DNA from: Octopus sinensis
Taxonomy: Eukaryota
Direction of reading: 5' to 3'
Assembly (NCBI RefSeq): GCF_006345805.1
Contig: NC_042997.1
Coordinates: 63,488,001 to 63,552,000 of the forward strand
Length of the DNA: 64,000 bases
Position numbers and translations under genes: made by a program. This document shows positions 24,968 through 38,613 of the stretch, one piece after another (position 1 is the stretch's first letter; every line of letters starts with the position of its first letter). Below the pieces are notes generated by a model. That model worked only from the letters and a program-made list of their open reading frames with translations. It did no database searches and had not been told where the DNA came from.

Positions 24968-25904
24968 ATATATGATGGCACAATGAAATAACTGCTGCTA
25001 AATGAATACGAAGCGTTGATAGCGAGGGAGTTAATAGGTACCTTACTTAGTTTAAGTTTATTTATAGTTTCTTCCAGATTTGTGTAGCCTCATGAGTAAG
25101 AAACAGAAATGCTCTTTGTATGTGGAATGATCTACACATCCTTCTTTCGTTGTTGTGAAATTTCCGTTTAGCCATGTAAATAACATAATTTGAAACGATA
25201 TAAAGTTATCTAACTTGTTACTCTTTGTGTAATTATGAGCTTTAAGCGAATCTGTAAGAATGTTATCGTATCTATTGTAGTATATTAATCCGTACCCATT
25301 CGTGACTACTGCCTTTCTCGGTATAATACCAATTTGCAAGCGTATGGTAGCCCCTACAATTCTTTTACTCATATCGTTCAATGAATCCATACATTGAAAC
25401 GCACACACACATACACACACACATACACACACATACACACATACACACACACACACACAAACGCACGCGCGCACACATATATAAGGGTCTATGTCCTCTT
25501 ATTATCATGCATGGCATTTTTGTACATCTAGTAATATTAAGAATCCCTCTTATATACGTCGGCTAATGAAAGCTCAAGTTTCGAAGAACGTTCAGTAATA
25601 AAGGAACATTCTAATATTAAGCATTTCATCTATTTCGTTCAGAACTTGTGACTTACTCTATATTCTTGATTCTATAGACAGATATCTTTTTTTTCAAGTA
25701 ATTCATAATATCAGTACTTATTAGCACTTTTGGCGAAAATGACCCTATCTCATAAAGACTAATCATAATGCATGTTTTGGGGTACATATTTGTGTATTAC
25801 GAGAATATATACACGCACAATATACATGCACACGCACACATGCACGTACGCATCTACACACATATTATGAATGAACTACATCAGATTTATTTGTACTTTC
25901 TATA

Positions 25905-26270
25905 ATGTGCTCCTTAGGATCTTTGTTGATTGTTCGGTCACCATTTCAGTTGTTATTCTTTTATTGCTCGGATGGATTCACTTCATGCTTCTCCGACCTT
26001 AATTCCTTCAGTCATTCAGCATCTTCATTGTGCTTTCTTCTGTTATCCCATGCTCCAAATCTTTCTACTTTCTTCAGCATCCGGTTTCTCGCTACTTTCA
26101 ACCTTTCCATTCAGCTTCTGCTAAACCCTTTTCTGAACTTGTTGGAACAAGTTGTTGATTTTATATTGTTCAGTTGTTTGGTCATATGTCCTGATATGCT
26201 TTAACCTGCAATCCTTGTTTCAGCTCTTCAAGGATTACATTTAGCCTCCTTTTCTTTAACCTCTTCATAC
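25905..26270 (-). mobile_element. Degenerate R4/Dong fragment (region upstream of RT)
   Basis: Frameshifted LNVILEELKQ, SSEKPDAEESRKIW and LKELRSEKHEV. Same protein region as 27780-28250. Confidence 0.65.
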
Positions 26271-26327
26271 GTCCTTGTTCCTATACATGTTTTCTAGTTC
26301 CCGATATTTCTTCTTCCCGATTTCACC

Positions 26328-26460
26328 TCTTTCTTTTCTTTCTTTCTTCCTTTCTTTCTTTCTTTCTTCCCTTCTTTCTTTCTTCTTTCTTTCTTTCTTT
26401 CTTTCTTTCTTCTTTCTTTCTTTCTTTATTTCTTTCTTTCTTCCTTCCTTCCTTTCTTTC
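26328..26460. repeat. (TTTC)n microsatellite
   Basis: Directly visible. Confidence 0.95.
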
Positions 26461-26581
26461 TAAAGTGCTGATATGTTTTCATAGTTCGTTCATTGATTGC
26501 TTTATAATTCTTTTCGAACGTAGGCTATTTTTCTTCATTTCTTCTACGGTTTTTTTTTCGAGGCTTGTTTCCTTTTCTATA

Positions 26582-26921
26582 TCTCTCTCTATATAAACGG
26601 CAGTTTGTCTGTGCGTGTTTCTGTGTGTCTGTTTGCTTGTACCCTCACCCTGACCACAGCTTTCAACCGATTCTGATGAAACTTGACACACACATAGCCC
26701 AATGTCATAATTCAAAACTAACGCAGCGAAAATTTTGAAAAGTTCCCCCAGTTCTGAAAAAAATCGATAAATTCGACATGGGGTCGAGAATCAGAAACAC
26801 AAACCGGAAAATTTACCATCATTTTTTTCCATTTTTTTGCTATTTTTTGGCTATAACTCCCTAAAAATGCTTTATAGTTATTTCCCTTACAAACCTGAGC
26901 AACGCCGGGCGATACTGCTAG
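26582..26921 (+). mobile_element. Chimeric non-autonomous Helitron (5' type B, 3' type X)
   Basis: A|TC...CTAG|T ends. 26582-26790 matches the 5' part of the 48058-48581 element; 26810-26921 matches the 3' part of the 16133 and 62190 elements. Confidence 0.82.
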
Positions 26922-27189
26922 TAGATGATAAAAGCTTCAATCAATTATTTCCATGTCAAGGCTTAAATTCTTATAATTATCTCGGGCACAGATACAGCTT
27001 CGTCAACTTTCTCTGTAACAACAAATGCTTCACTCCCTGTGTTTTCGATGGTCGCTATCATCTTAATCTCATCGAACTGCAGGCCATCCTGTCTTATTTA
27101 TTGTCATTACCTTGTCACAGAGTCTGTGTTCCATAATATCTGAGCACTGCTTTTCCATTCACAAGTCATGTATAACTCTATAACCTCTT

Positions 27190-28260
27190 ATAGGATTACC
27201 TTCAGCATCATGGATCCGCTCAAAAAATAATATTTCATGCCATCTGTTGGCATGCTGTTCTTAATCAATGCATACACATTCTCAGCTATTCCACACATGC
27301 CGAATGTTTCTAAAACCCACGAATGCGGCAACATTTTGTAAGACGTTTTGAAGTCTATCCAGGCCATGCATAAGTTTTTTGGTACCGTGCACAAATTCTC
27401 CATAGACAGTTCTTGTCTATCACAAGATGGTCCTTATCTATCAGAAGATGGGGTAGATTTTTTTCCGCAAGGAACATATAGATTTTCCCTGTGAGGATAT
27501 CTGTTAATACTTCCCATAGGAGGTTTAGACAAGCAATGGGTGGGTAATTGCCAACCTCATTACTCTTTGACTGATCTTACATTAACAATGTTGTTTCCCT
27601 CTACCATCCACTTCGGAACTGCTCTGTAGGAACATGCCTAATTGCAACGCAATCCTCTTGTGTGTTGACTGAAACCACTTGAGCCAGTAGCCTTGAATAC
27701 TGTCGGGTCCTGCAGCTTTCCAGTTTGACGGTTTTGGTACCTGTGCAATGACATCTTCCGTTGTTATGCGCACATGGTCCTGTCGCATAACAGTCTCCGG
27801 GTAGTGGAGTTCGGATCTCACGCAATGAATCCACTCAGCACCGAGGTTGTAGGAAATGTCTTGCTCCAAGATGTTATTCCAAAATTGGTGGGTTTTTTCT
27901 GCTTCAAGAAGTGTATTATCTTCTGTATTTCCTCCTAAGCCCTTAAAAAATTGTCTCTGTTTATTTGAGAATTACCGGTTTTGATGGAACTGCGATATGC
28001 GGTAAGTGTAGCACTGCACTATAATATTTTTGCCCGCACACGTTGTTTTAAGGTTTCAATGACAGTTTTGAAACCTTTCTTTTCTCTTTGGTACTTCGTG
28101 TCAAGGTATGCCCTCGCACTTTTTTTTCCAATTTTCCATTGCTCTTTGGATCACTCTTCTATACGGGTCAGATATTTACGCAAAGTTAGAAGTTCTCCTC
28201 CAATTCTCTGTTTCCAGCATGGCTCCTATTCGTCTACTTACCTCTCTTTCTTTCCAACCA
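27190..28260 (-). mobile_element. Degenerate R4/Dong fragment (pre-RT region and RT N-terminus)
   Basis: FWNNILEQ, SNWKAAGPDSIQGYWLK and KNLCMAWIDFKTSYKMLPHSWVLE. The 5' junction abuts a (TCA)/(TTA) array. Confidence 0.82.
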
Positions 28261-28288
28261 GTTCACTATTACTATCATCATCATCATT

Positions 28289-28384
<96 letters not shown>

Positions 28385-28902
28385 GAGTGAGAGAGCAGCA
28401 CATGCCATTAAAGGGACACTGGGGTACACAATATACGAAGCCCAATATACCCATCCTGACTACCCGTATGATAAGGGTACACCAGGCATATACATCACAA
28501 ATACATGTGCGTGACATAGTGATCTCATATCACAAGTGGAGTCCTGTTAGAATTTTTTTCTGATCGAGTAGCCCTTCTCTCTCAAAAGGTCCCTGAATGA
28601 AGGATGTTTAGGAATGTTGAAAGAAACATCCATATTTCCAGAGGCAAATTATTCAAACCTAAAGAATTTTTCTCAACACATGGCTATGATGTTCCCCCAC
28701 TACTTATGCTGGTGATCAGAGATGTATATATTGTCAGTCACTAAGGGACATTGCTCAACCATTTAAGGTCAAACAAATGTCAAGCAAATCTTTGCCATTG
28801 AGCAGAATATTTGTTGTAGCCAACCTTTTACACCAAGACAAAACATGTACAAGATAGCAGTTCCAGTCATTTAAGATTAGAAGCCATGAGAGCCAGCGCC
28901 TG
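28385..28902 (-). mobile_element. Family E element, copy 2
   Basis: Collinear with 6216-6747, with a ~20-bp internal deletion. TAA-type repeats on both sides. Confidence 0.8.
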
Positions 28903-28914
28903 TATTATTATTAG

Positions 28915-29400
28915 TATTAATATCATTTATTTAACTCAGGCTTGTTTTTATTTCTGGTAGAATTTACGTGGTTAGCGACTTACTATCTGTAACCTTCGAT
29001 TTCAACATACTTTCAGTAGTCTTTCAAGTGCTTAAAACCCTCCTGGTAAACTTACTGGCCGTAAGAGGCAAACTTTTCAACCACTTATCTCTATCTTTAT
29101 TCGCAGTTCCTAATGCACTAATTACTACAGGCACAACCTGCACAGGTTTCATACCCCAAATTCGAATTTTAAGTAATTGCATTTTTAAAAAATTGTTATT
29201 CTTTGTTTACAATCCTGGAACCAAACGCATGTGATGGATAAATTAGTAAGTAACTTCGGTTTTCCCTGTCTAATATTGTTACGTCTGATTTATTATCGTT
29301 TGAATAGGAAAATCTCAAAGAATCTTGCATATCTCTGACTCAAGCACTTTTCCAAACCGACGATCATAGCAAATACTGCCAGCTTGTTTGTTTTTAACAG
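28915..29400 (-). mobile_element. Degenerate R4/Dong 3' end (RLE domain and 3' UTR)
   Basis: SDVTILDRENRS..LI and GMKPVQVVPVVISALGTANKDRDKWLK (compare ETIPIIVGALG in the 1579 ORF). The UTR ends in TAATAATAATA. Confidence 0.7.
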
Positions 29401-30436
29401 TTGATGTTGTGCTGCTATTATAAGTCTCTATCTCTCTCTTTCTCTTTTAATTGCCCTATTTTCAACCAATATCATACAGCCTCAGTGGTGTTTGTCGACA
29501 CAAGGTTCCAGAAATGGTACACAGCTTTCCACAGAAAATACCTACCAAATCTGGTCGAGTTGTTTTTACTACTAGCATATATAATTATTGGAACTTGTTT
29601 TCCTTTGTACTATCATAAAGAACCGATATGTTCAAGAAGTGAAAAACAGGTTATTTTAACATTGTTTTGTGAGGTGTTTCTGAGGCGTGTGTGAAGTCAC
29701 TTTATGAAAAGCTTCTTCAATGGCATTTTTTTCTCAAAGTTTACATCACTTCCAACAGCGTCCTCTGTTTCAACAATTGCTATTAGATTAAGATAAAACA
29801 CTATTTCTAATGAATAAATTGTATATGTTATCTTCAAATGCTCATGATATGCAATAATATAATTAGCCATTATCAAAGCACCTTCCCTCACTTACGATAC
29901 AAGCTCCTTTTTTAATAGCTAAGGTTCTGAAGAAAGCAGGTAATAATGAACTAATATGCTAGGAACAATAACAACATTATGCTATTTCTCTAAGGTAACG
30001 TCAGCATTCAAGATCAGGTCTTCTATTCTACTGAATACAGGTTTAAAGAACAGTTTATAGTCTGCAACGTCCTTGCGGGAATATATTGATCTATACATCG
30101 GAAAAGCATAGATGATATCATGAACTTCTAACGTAGCTTAGTTTTATATATGAAAGACTTTATAGAAGCGCTAATAGTCGGATATATAATTGAGATTGAA
30201 GGTGGAAGTAAACTATAGAATGACATGCAAGTGCATCCATTGATTCTCTCGTTTCGTTTCTTTTGAGACACACACACACACACACGCACACACACTCGCA
30301 GCTCATTCGCTTATACAAACGCGTGCTCAACCACACGCAACGCACACATTTCTATGTACAAACACACAACTCACATGTTTCCATATGCATATAAATACAC
30401 GCATATATATGTATATGTTCTTGTCATTCTTTTGTT

Positions 30437-30653
30437 TCTTTTATTTGTTTCAGTCATTTGACTGCGGCCATGCTGGAGCACTGCCTTTAGACAAGCAAAT
30501 CGATGCCAGAACTTATTTTTTCTAAGCCTAGTACTTATTCTATTGCCGAACCGCTAAGACACAGGGGCAATAAACACAACATTTTCGGTTGCCAAGCGAT
30601 ACTGGGCGGACAAACACAAACACACAAACACACAAACACACACACGCACACAT

Positions 30654-30684
<31 letters not shown>

Positions 30685-30690
30685 CATATG
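30437..30690 (-). mobile_element. SINE family B, 3' half
   Basis: TTGTTTCAGTCATTTGACTGCGGCCATGCTGGAGCAC..GCCGAACCGCTAAG, as in the 17309 and 46215 copies. Confidence 0.8.
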
Positions 30691-30720
30691 CGCATATATG
30701 TATGCGTGAGCATCTGTCTA

Positions 30721-30758
<38 letters not shown>

Positions 30759-30774
30759 ATAATAATAATAATAA

Positions 30775-30815
<41 letters not shown>

Positions 30816-30816
30816 T

Positions 30817-30921
30817 ATGTGCCTGGTGTACCCTTATCAGACGGGTAGTCATGATGGGTATATTGGGCTTCGTATATTTTACCCCAGTGTCACTTTGATG
30901 ACATGAACTGCTCTCTCACTC
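30817..30921 (+). mobile_element. Family E element, truncated copy 3
   Basis: Reverse complement of 6216-~6322. Ends CTGCTCTCTCACTC followed by (AAT)n, with (AAT)n also upstream. Confidence 0.8.
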
Positions 30922-30922
30922 A

Positions 30923-30955
<33 letters not shown>

Positions 30956-30959
30956 GATA

Positions 30960-31140
30960 TTTTCTACTATAGGCATAAGGCACGCAATTTTGGAGGTGAG
31001 GCTAGTCTATTACATCGGCCCCAGTGGTCAAGTGGTATTTACTTTATCGTATCCGAAAAGGTAAAGTTGACCTCAGCGGAATTGGAAATACCGCTAAGCA
31101 TATTTCCCAGCGTGCTAACTATTGAGCCAGCTCGCCGCCT
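30960..31140 (-). mobile_element. SINE family A
   Basis: Ends CCAGCTCGCCGCCT (reverse complement of the head). Confidence 0.75.
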
Positions 31141-31146
31141 TAATAA

Positions 31147-31356
31147 TCTTTTCTGCTAAAAGCACAACGCCTGAAATTTTGGAGGAGGAGACTAGTCGAT
31201 TATATCAACCTTAGTGTTTGACCGGTACGTAACTTATTAACCACGAAAGGATGAAAGGTAAAGTCAACCTCGGTGGAATTTGAATTCTGAATGTAAGAAC
31301 GGACGAAATGCCGCTAGGTATATCCTCTGGCATACTAACAATTCTTCTAGCTCGCT
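31147..31356 (-). mobile_element. SINE family A, tandem neighbour
   Basis: Second adjacent, more diverged copy. Confidence 0.72.
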
Positions 31357-31823
31357 GTGTTAATAATAAAAGCTACAACTATAAATGCACACACATACAC
31401 GAACGTACATACACACGCACGCACACACATATACATACACATAAACACACACAAACACACATATATATATTATGTAAAACAATGACTTCAACTAATTACA
31501 TTTTTTTTTTGATAAAATTCTTTGGCACTCAAACCTGACGCACTGCAAATTTTTTATGACCTCACCAGGTTCTGATTCATTGGTGAACGAAGAAACTCTA
31601 TCAATCCCTCTGCCTCTCTGTTTCCCTGTTCACCTACCTAGTTACCTACCTTTCTCTCTCTCTCTCGCTCTTTCTCTCTCTATCTATCTATCTATCTAGC
31701 TATCTGTCTGTTTGTCTTCTATCTGTCTGGCTGGCTGGCGGGCTGGCTGGCTGGTTGTCTTCTGTCCGTCCGTCCGTCCGTCCGTCCGTCCGTCCATCTG
31801 TCTGTCTGTCTGTCTGTCTGTCT

Positions 31824-32949
<1,126 letters not shown>

Positions 32950-33445
32950 GGGTGAATGTAGCAAGGATGGCACGTATGGATGACGTAGCCACCTTGAGCA
33001 TAATCCTATGAACCCAGAAATTGAAAACAGAGGGTTACCCACTTGCAAACAAATGTGGTAACATATAACAATATTGAACGAGGTTACCGTGGTCTTTTTC
33101 GTAGGCTTTTCTTTCCACGGATAAACCTTATCTGCTTCCCCCTTTACACCGTACATCATGACACTGTGATACACGATCACTATTGATCGTTTTTTCCTCT
33201 TCGAATTTTTTCCTCTTTTTTCTTATTTTTTCCTTTTTCTTTTCTCTTGTTTCTTATCCTTTTTTTCCTTTTGTTTTTCTTTTTTTTCTTTTTTCCCTTT
33301 TACGATCCCTTTTGATCGAAAACCTACGCCACTTTTTTTTTGTTTCTTTTGTTTTTTGTTTTTGTTTTTTTCATCCCCCAAAAGAAAAGCTCTACCTTGT
33401 AATTTGTGCCATCTGTGTGCAGCCCTGTGTGGCCAATAAAGAAAC

Positions 33446-33446
<1 letters not shown>
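32950..33446 (+). mobile_element. Second, shorter 5'-truncated copy of the same Tx1-like 3' end
   Basis: Collinear with ~32190-32705. Ends GGCCAATAAAGAAACT followed by (CTAT)n. Confidence 0.85.
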
Positions 33447-33520
<74 letters not shown>

Positions 33521-34934
33521 CCAAGCTACCTATATATCTGTCTGTTTAATTATCTGTTTCTCTGTCGCTCTTTCTGTCTGTATGTCTGTCTGCCTCTATC
33601 TATCTATCTATCCACACAAAAGGAATGCACCCAACCATACATGTATATATCTTAACCGACTTTTTCGTTTGCATCTTTCCAACTCTATAAGACTACTGCC
33701 TACGAAGATTTTGCAGTAACTTCATATATGTTGAATAAAACGAATGACGCACGTCTAACCGCTTTTTCCGACACCTATGTAGACGTATCTTTGAAATACC
33801 TATATCATTACTGACAGTTTCCCGCCTGAAGATCACTCCACCACGTGTTACACATCATTCGGATTAGCTCTAGGCATGATCCAAAAAGGGAACTAGATGT
33901 CATCTTCAGTTTTTAAGCATTCCCTCCTCTTGGATTCATAAACTACAAGCTGCTTCTATAAGAAAATTAAAATACATACTTATACATACTCGTACATGCC
34001 CACACGAGCCAGAATACACATATAACTATATATGCACTTACTATTGTTTTTTACTTAAATACATATCGACACTCACTTGAGACTAACGCATAATCTATTT
34101 AACTCTCCACAGCGCCAGCAATCACAATACTATTAATCCAGTCGCGCGCACAAACATGGAACATACATTCACAGCTATAGCATAAACACACAGCAAAAGT
34201 CCCAATAATGATACTACACCACACCCACCTTTCTAAATGCAATATTCAACTAGTATTTACGCAATTATCTAAATAATTATATAAGAAATCAATCTTAAAA
34301 ATATTTCATTGGAAATTTCCTAATTATTCATATTATTATAACAGATTTTCTGTAAACAAAGATTATTAAATTAACAAATATAATTATACATAATAATGTC
34401 TATAATAAAACTAATCATAAACAATTATATATAAAGAACAAGTATAATATAAGTATACATTCAGCAATAAGTATTTAATAAATATATATATACTCGAAAT
34501 AATGTTATTCTGAATAACAATTAAGATAAATTTTTCTTTGATATATAAATAAACTTTATATTAATATATAAACTTATAAAAGAGTATCCTGACGTACACA
34601 GATGCCCACGCAGACACGATATATACACTATGTACACGATAATAGTAAATAAAACTAAATTTATCACATCAATAATAAAATAACAAAAGCTTACATGCGT
34701 ATATGTGCGCATACAAATGTGGGTACGCATATCTTGGCTGTACAGCTACACATAGGAGGTTCAGAATATTCAGACTACAAGTTCCACACACTCACAAGCG
34801 CAGTTGCCTAATTATCAAAGAGCGACGCCTTCTGTGGCACTTGTACGCGCGTAACATCATTCGTTCTCACTTCTTGTTGGAGTATCATTTTCAACAAGAA
34901 CTAAATAACATATTTTCCATTACTCTTGTTTCCT

Positions 34935-36010
34935 TCATTCAAATACACTGATGGAGGGTATTCTCTTGTTTGAACGTCGCTGAACAGTTTTCAGACGATT
35001 AATATCCTGGGCAAGATAGGGGTTCCAGACCGGTGATGCAAATTCCAGGTGAGGCCGCACTATAGCTATATAAATAGAGATAGATAGCTGGATACGGCTC
35101 ACAAAGGACTTTCTAAGTGATGCCAAGACACCCTCAGCCTTCTTGGCAATTTTAGCAATGTGTTTTGTTAAACGCAAATTGCTGTCGACAATAATGCCCA
35201 GGTCACGTTCACAAGAAGACTTTTTGAGATTAGTGTTGTGGAGGGAGTAAGTAGACGCTGGGTATTTCCTCCCAAAATGCATGGTGGTACATTTGTCCAC
35301 AGCCACCTTGAGTTGCCAGTCAATGATCCACTGCTGCATTGTGTCCAGGTCTGACCGCAATAAAGATTTATAGTGTACAGGATCTGTCCTCTTTATTTCC
35401 AGGTACAGCTTGATGTCATCTGCATATTTCAGCACTGTGGCATCCTTTAAGTTGGCATCTATGTCGTTAACATATGCAACAAATAAAAGGGGGCCAAGAA
35501 CAGATCTTTGTGGTACACCAGATGTCATCTCATAGGGTGAAGAGTGCTGTCCTAGAACTGTGACAACTTCCTTTCGGCCGATAATGAAGGATTTCAACCA
35601 GTTATAGAGATCATCTCTTACACCCATTGCAGAGAGTTTCACCATACGTTTTTTTGTGTGGAACAGAATTAAAAGCCTTAGCAAAGTCCAGGTAAACGAC
35701 ATCCACCCAGGAGCCGCCATCAGTGACTCGCGTAATGTCCTCAAGGAACTCGATGAGTTGATTACAGCAGCTGGAGTTAGAAATAAATCCAAATTTTGAC
35801 GGTTGGATGAGGCTCTGAGACTTCCAGAAGTTCCAGGGTTTTTTTCTGATACAGGATTCCATCAGTTTGGCGATGCAGCTAGTAAGACTGACGGGGCAAT
35901 GGTTCACAGGCGATGTGCGGTCCCCTTTTTTGAACAGAGGGATAACATTGCCAATTTTCCACTGCTCTGGAGTAACACCATTGTCAAGACAGAATTGGAA
36001 GAATAGTGAA
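34935..36010 (-). mobile_element. CR1-clade LINE reverse transcriptase fragment
   Basis: PVSLTSCIAKLMES, VDVVYLDFAKAFNSVPH, SGVPQRSVLGPLLF, YADDIKL, ERDLGIIVD and VRPHLEFASPVWNPY, with one frameshift. Confidence 0.92.
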
Positions 36011-37164
36011 AGTTGGTTGAGAAGAAAGAACCCACCGCGTTTGAGAAGTAGGTATTATCTAGCTTTTAATAATATGGATCTATAAACTGACGTTTTAGAC
36101 AGTTAAAGAAAATAATCTAACTCTGATGAAATAATAATGCGTGAGTAAACTAGTTCAGCTCACACACTGTTTGTATAGGCAACCGTAAACAACTCTCTGT
36201 GGTATAGAAAGAGATCAGTTTACGTCTGGTTATAAACAAATATTGTTTCTAAGGTGTTTCTTTTTAGTGCTGTGTGACTATTTATTTCTAAGACCGTTTG
36301 ATAACAGAGTAGATACGACAGAAATTGCAAAAAATGAGAAGTATAAAGAGAGGTGAAGATATGGAAAACTAAAGCGACATTTGTTCTAGTGGTAACTGGG
36401 GCAATTGTCATAACGATTAAACAACTACCTTAGAGAATGGATTTTAAACTTGCACTCTCGAACCCCAGAAAATTTCAATTATGTTTTCTGCAAAAATCCT
36501 ACGATGGAATCTTGAGATTTTAAGTGACTTGTTAACAAGCCAGAAGACAACATCCCTGATAATTAATGTTATCTGTATTAGTTATAGCTATAAGAGTCTA
36601 TTACGATGGAAGCTGCACTTCCTTGAATCCTACAGCTAGATTTCAAGTTGTTGATTATTCAAATGATTAATGAAAGATAGCAAACAACCGGTATGTAAGC
36701 AAATGTCTTCGGAAACAATGAGATTTGTTATGTTAAGAGTTCGTTATGATTGGTGGTTGTCGAAAAATACAGTAGAATACATGTCACATTCCATTTATAG
36801 TTTGTGAAGGCATCAGAATATTTCCTTCTCTTCAGTATGAAATAAGGAATCACATATAAATATGTACACCGGAACGAGGAAATTAACCATTGTTCAAGAA
36901 TGAATTCTTAGTGTTGATGAATGTGTTAAACTTTCTCATAAATGGGACATTTATTCAACGCACAGCAAATCCATATGTAACAAATATTAATATTCCCAAT
37001 ACTGGGTATTCTGCTTAATGTTTACATGAAGTTATAAAGGCGTAATTAGGTAGAATGTTTTGAACTCACCGCCCCGAACATTACTTTTCCGATATCAGCT
37101 CGCTGTAGATATATAATATTAATATTTCTGATTCACACATATGCGCAGCACTTCGTAGATTCTT

Positions 37165-37270
37165 ACCTACCTACCTACCTACCTACCTACCTACCTACCT
37201 ACCTACCTACCTACCTACCTACCTACCTACCTACCTTCGTACCTACCTACATATCTACCTCCCTACCTGC
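37165..37270. repeat. (ACCT)n microsatellite
   Basis: Directly visible. Confidence 0.95.
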
Positions 37271-38136
37271 CTACAAATATACATATATACATACATATAT
37301 TAGCATTTTTTTTCTCGATTTCGAGATTACCAGCAAAATAGCATATCTATCTATAAACTAAGCGTGCCAAAGCATAACTTGCAATGAAAAATTTATACTT
37401 ATCCCATATCCCTGCCATTCATAATACATGTAAGTTGAACCGCATATGAAAAAGTGTATACCTAATATATAGTTGTAAAATATACACTTGCATTTCATGT
37501 AAGCATATATATATATATATTTATATGCCTGTATGCGTGTGTGTGCAATACTTTCGTGTATATATACACATATAAATCTGCGTGTCTTTCAATGCATTGA
37601 TATCTATGAGATACCTGCACTTTTCCTACTTCATAGATTTTGATCACACTCATTGCAATCGTTAACTGTCTACTTTCGAAAAGCTCTAACTTATAACCAA
37701 CTATGAATATACAGTACTCTCATTAGATGCAACATGTAAATCCATACTCTACGATAAAACTGAGTTTCGAAGTAGCTACTGCGAAATTCAGAATATCAGT
37801 AAATGTATTTGTGGCAAACTATAATATTTTTTTGTGTGTTTAGGCAGTTGTAAAACGCATTAGGAATAAAGATGCCATATAAATGTATGAATTTGAATTC
37901 CGCTATTCCAAAATGCGGAGGATGCGATGCTGAGAGTGATGGAAGGAAATCTTTCAAAAGTGATATTCCCTTTTATTTGAAAGCAACACAGATATATATT
38001 GGATTAATTTTTTTGTGATTAAATATTAACGCTGTTTCTCTAATATATAGAAATATGTTCACGATAAAAAAAAATACTAACAGTGTACGAAACTTAAACG
38101 TCTTAATCAGTTCAGTGTCCCTCTCATCAATATTTG

Positions 38137-38226
<90 letters not shown>

Positions 38227-38289
38227 TGTGTGTGTGAGTGTGTGTGTGCGTGTGTGTATGTGTGTATGAATGTATATATGTGCATATAT

Positions 38290-38613
38290 AAAGGTAAAGA
38301 CCCCCTTCGGTCATGAGTGACCATGGGATTGGACCTAGAAAGTTACCCTCCTAGACACAAGTCCGGGCAAGGTTGTTTATGGAAGACCAGCAGTCGCCCA
38401 TGCATACCAGCCTTTCCTCTCCACGCCACCAGTGTTATCCAGGGGAAAGACAAAGGTCGATACAGCTTGGCACCTGTGACGTCGCAACTCATTTCTACAG
38501 CTGAGTTAACTGGAGCAACGTGAAATAAAGTGCCTTGCTCAAGAACACAACACGCAGCCCGGTCCGGGATTCGAGCTCACAACCTCACGATCGTAAGCTC
38601 GACGCTCTAACCA
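38290..38613 (-). mobile_element. tRNA/CORE-like SINE, family D
   Basis: Head TGGTTAGAGCG..GAGCTCGAATCCCGG. The segment GTTGTGTTCTTGAGCAAGGCACTTTATTTCACGTTGCTCCAG is shared with the 41313 SINE. A distinct tail ends GGGGGTCTTTACCTTT. Confidence 0.82.

Noticed and set aside
33820-33860. Hammerhead at CTGAAGATCAC
   Set aside because: Only a weak stem II and no GAAA.
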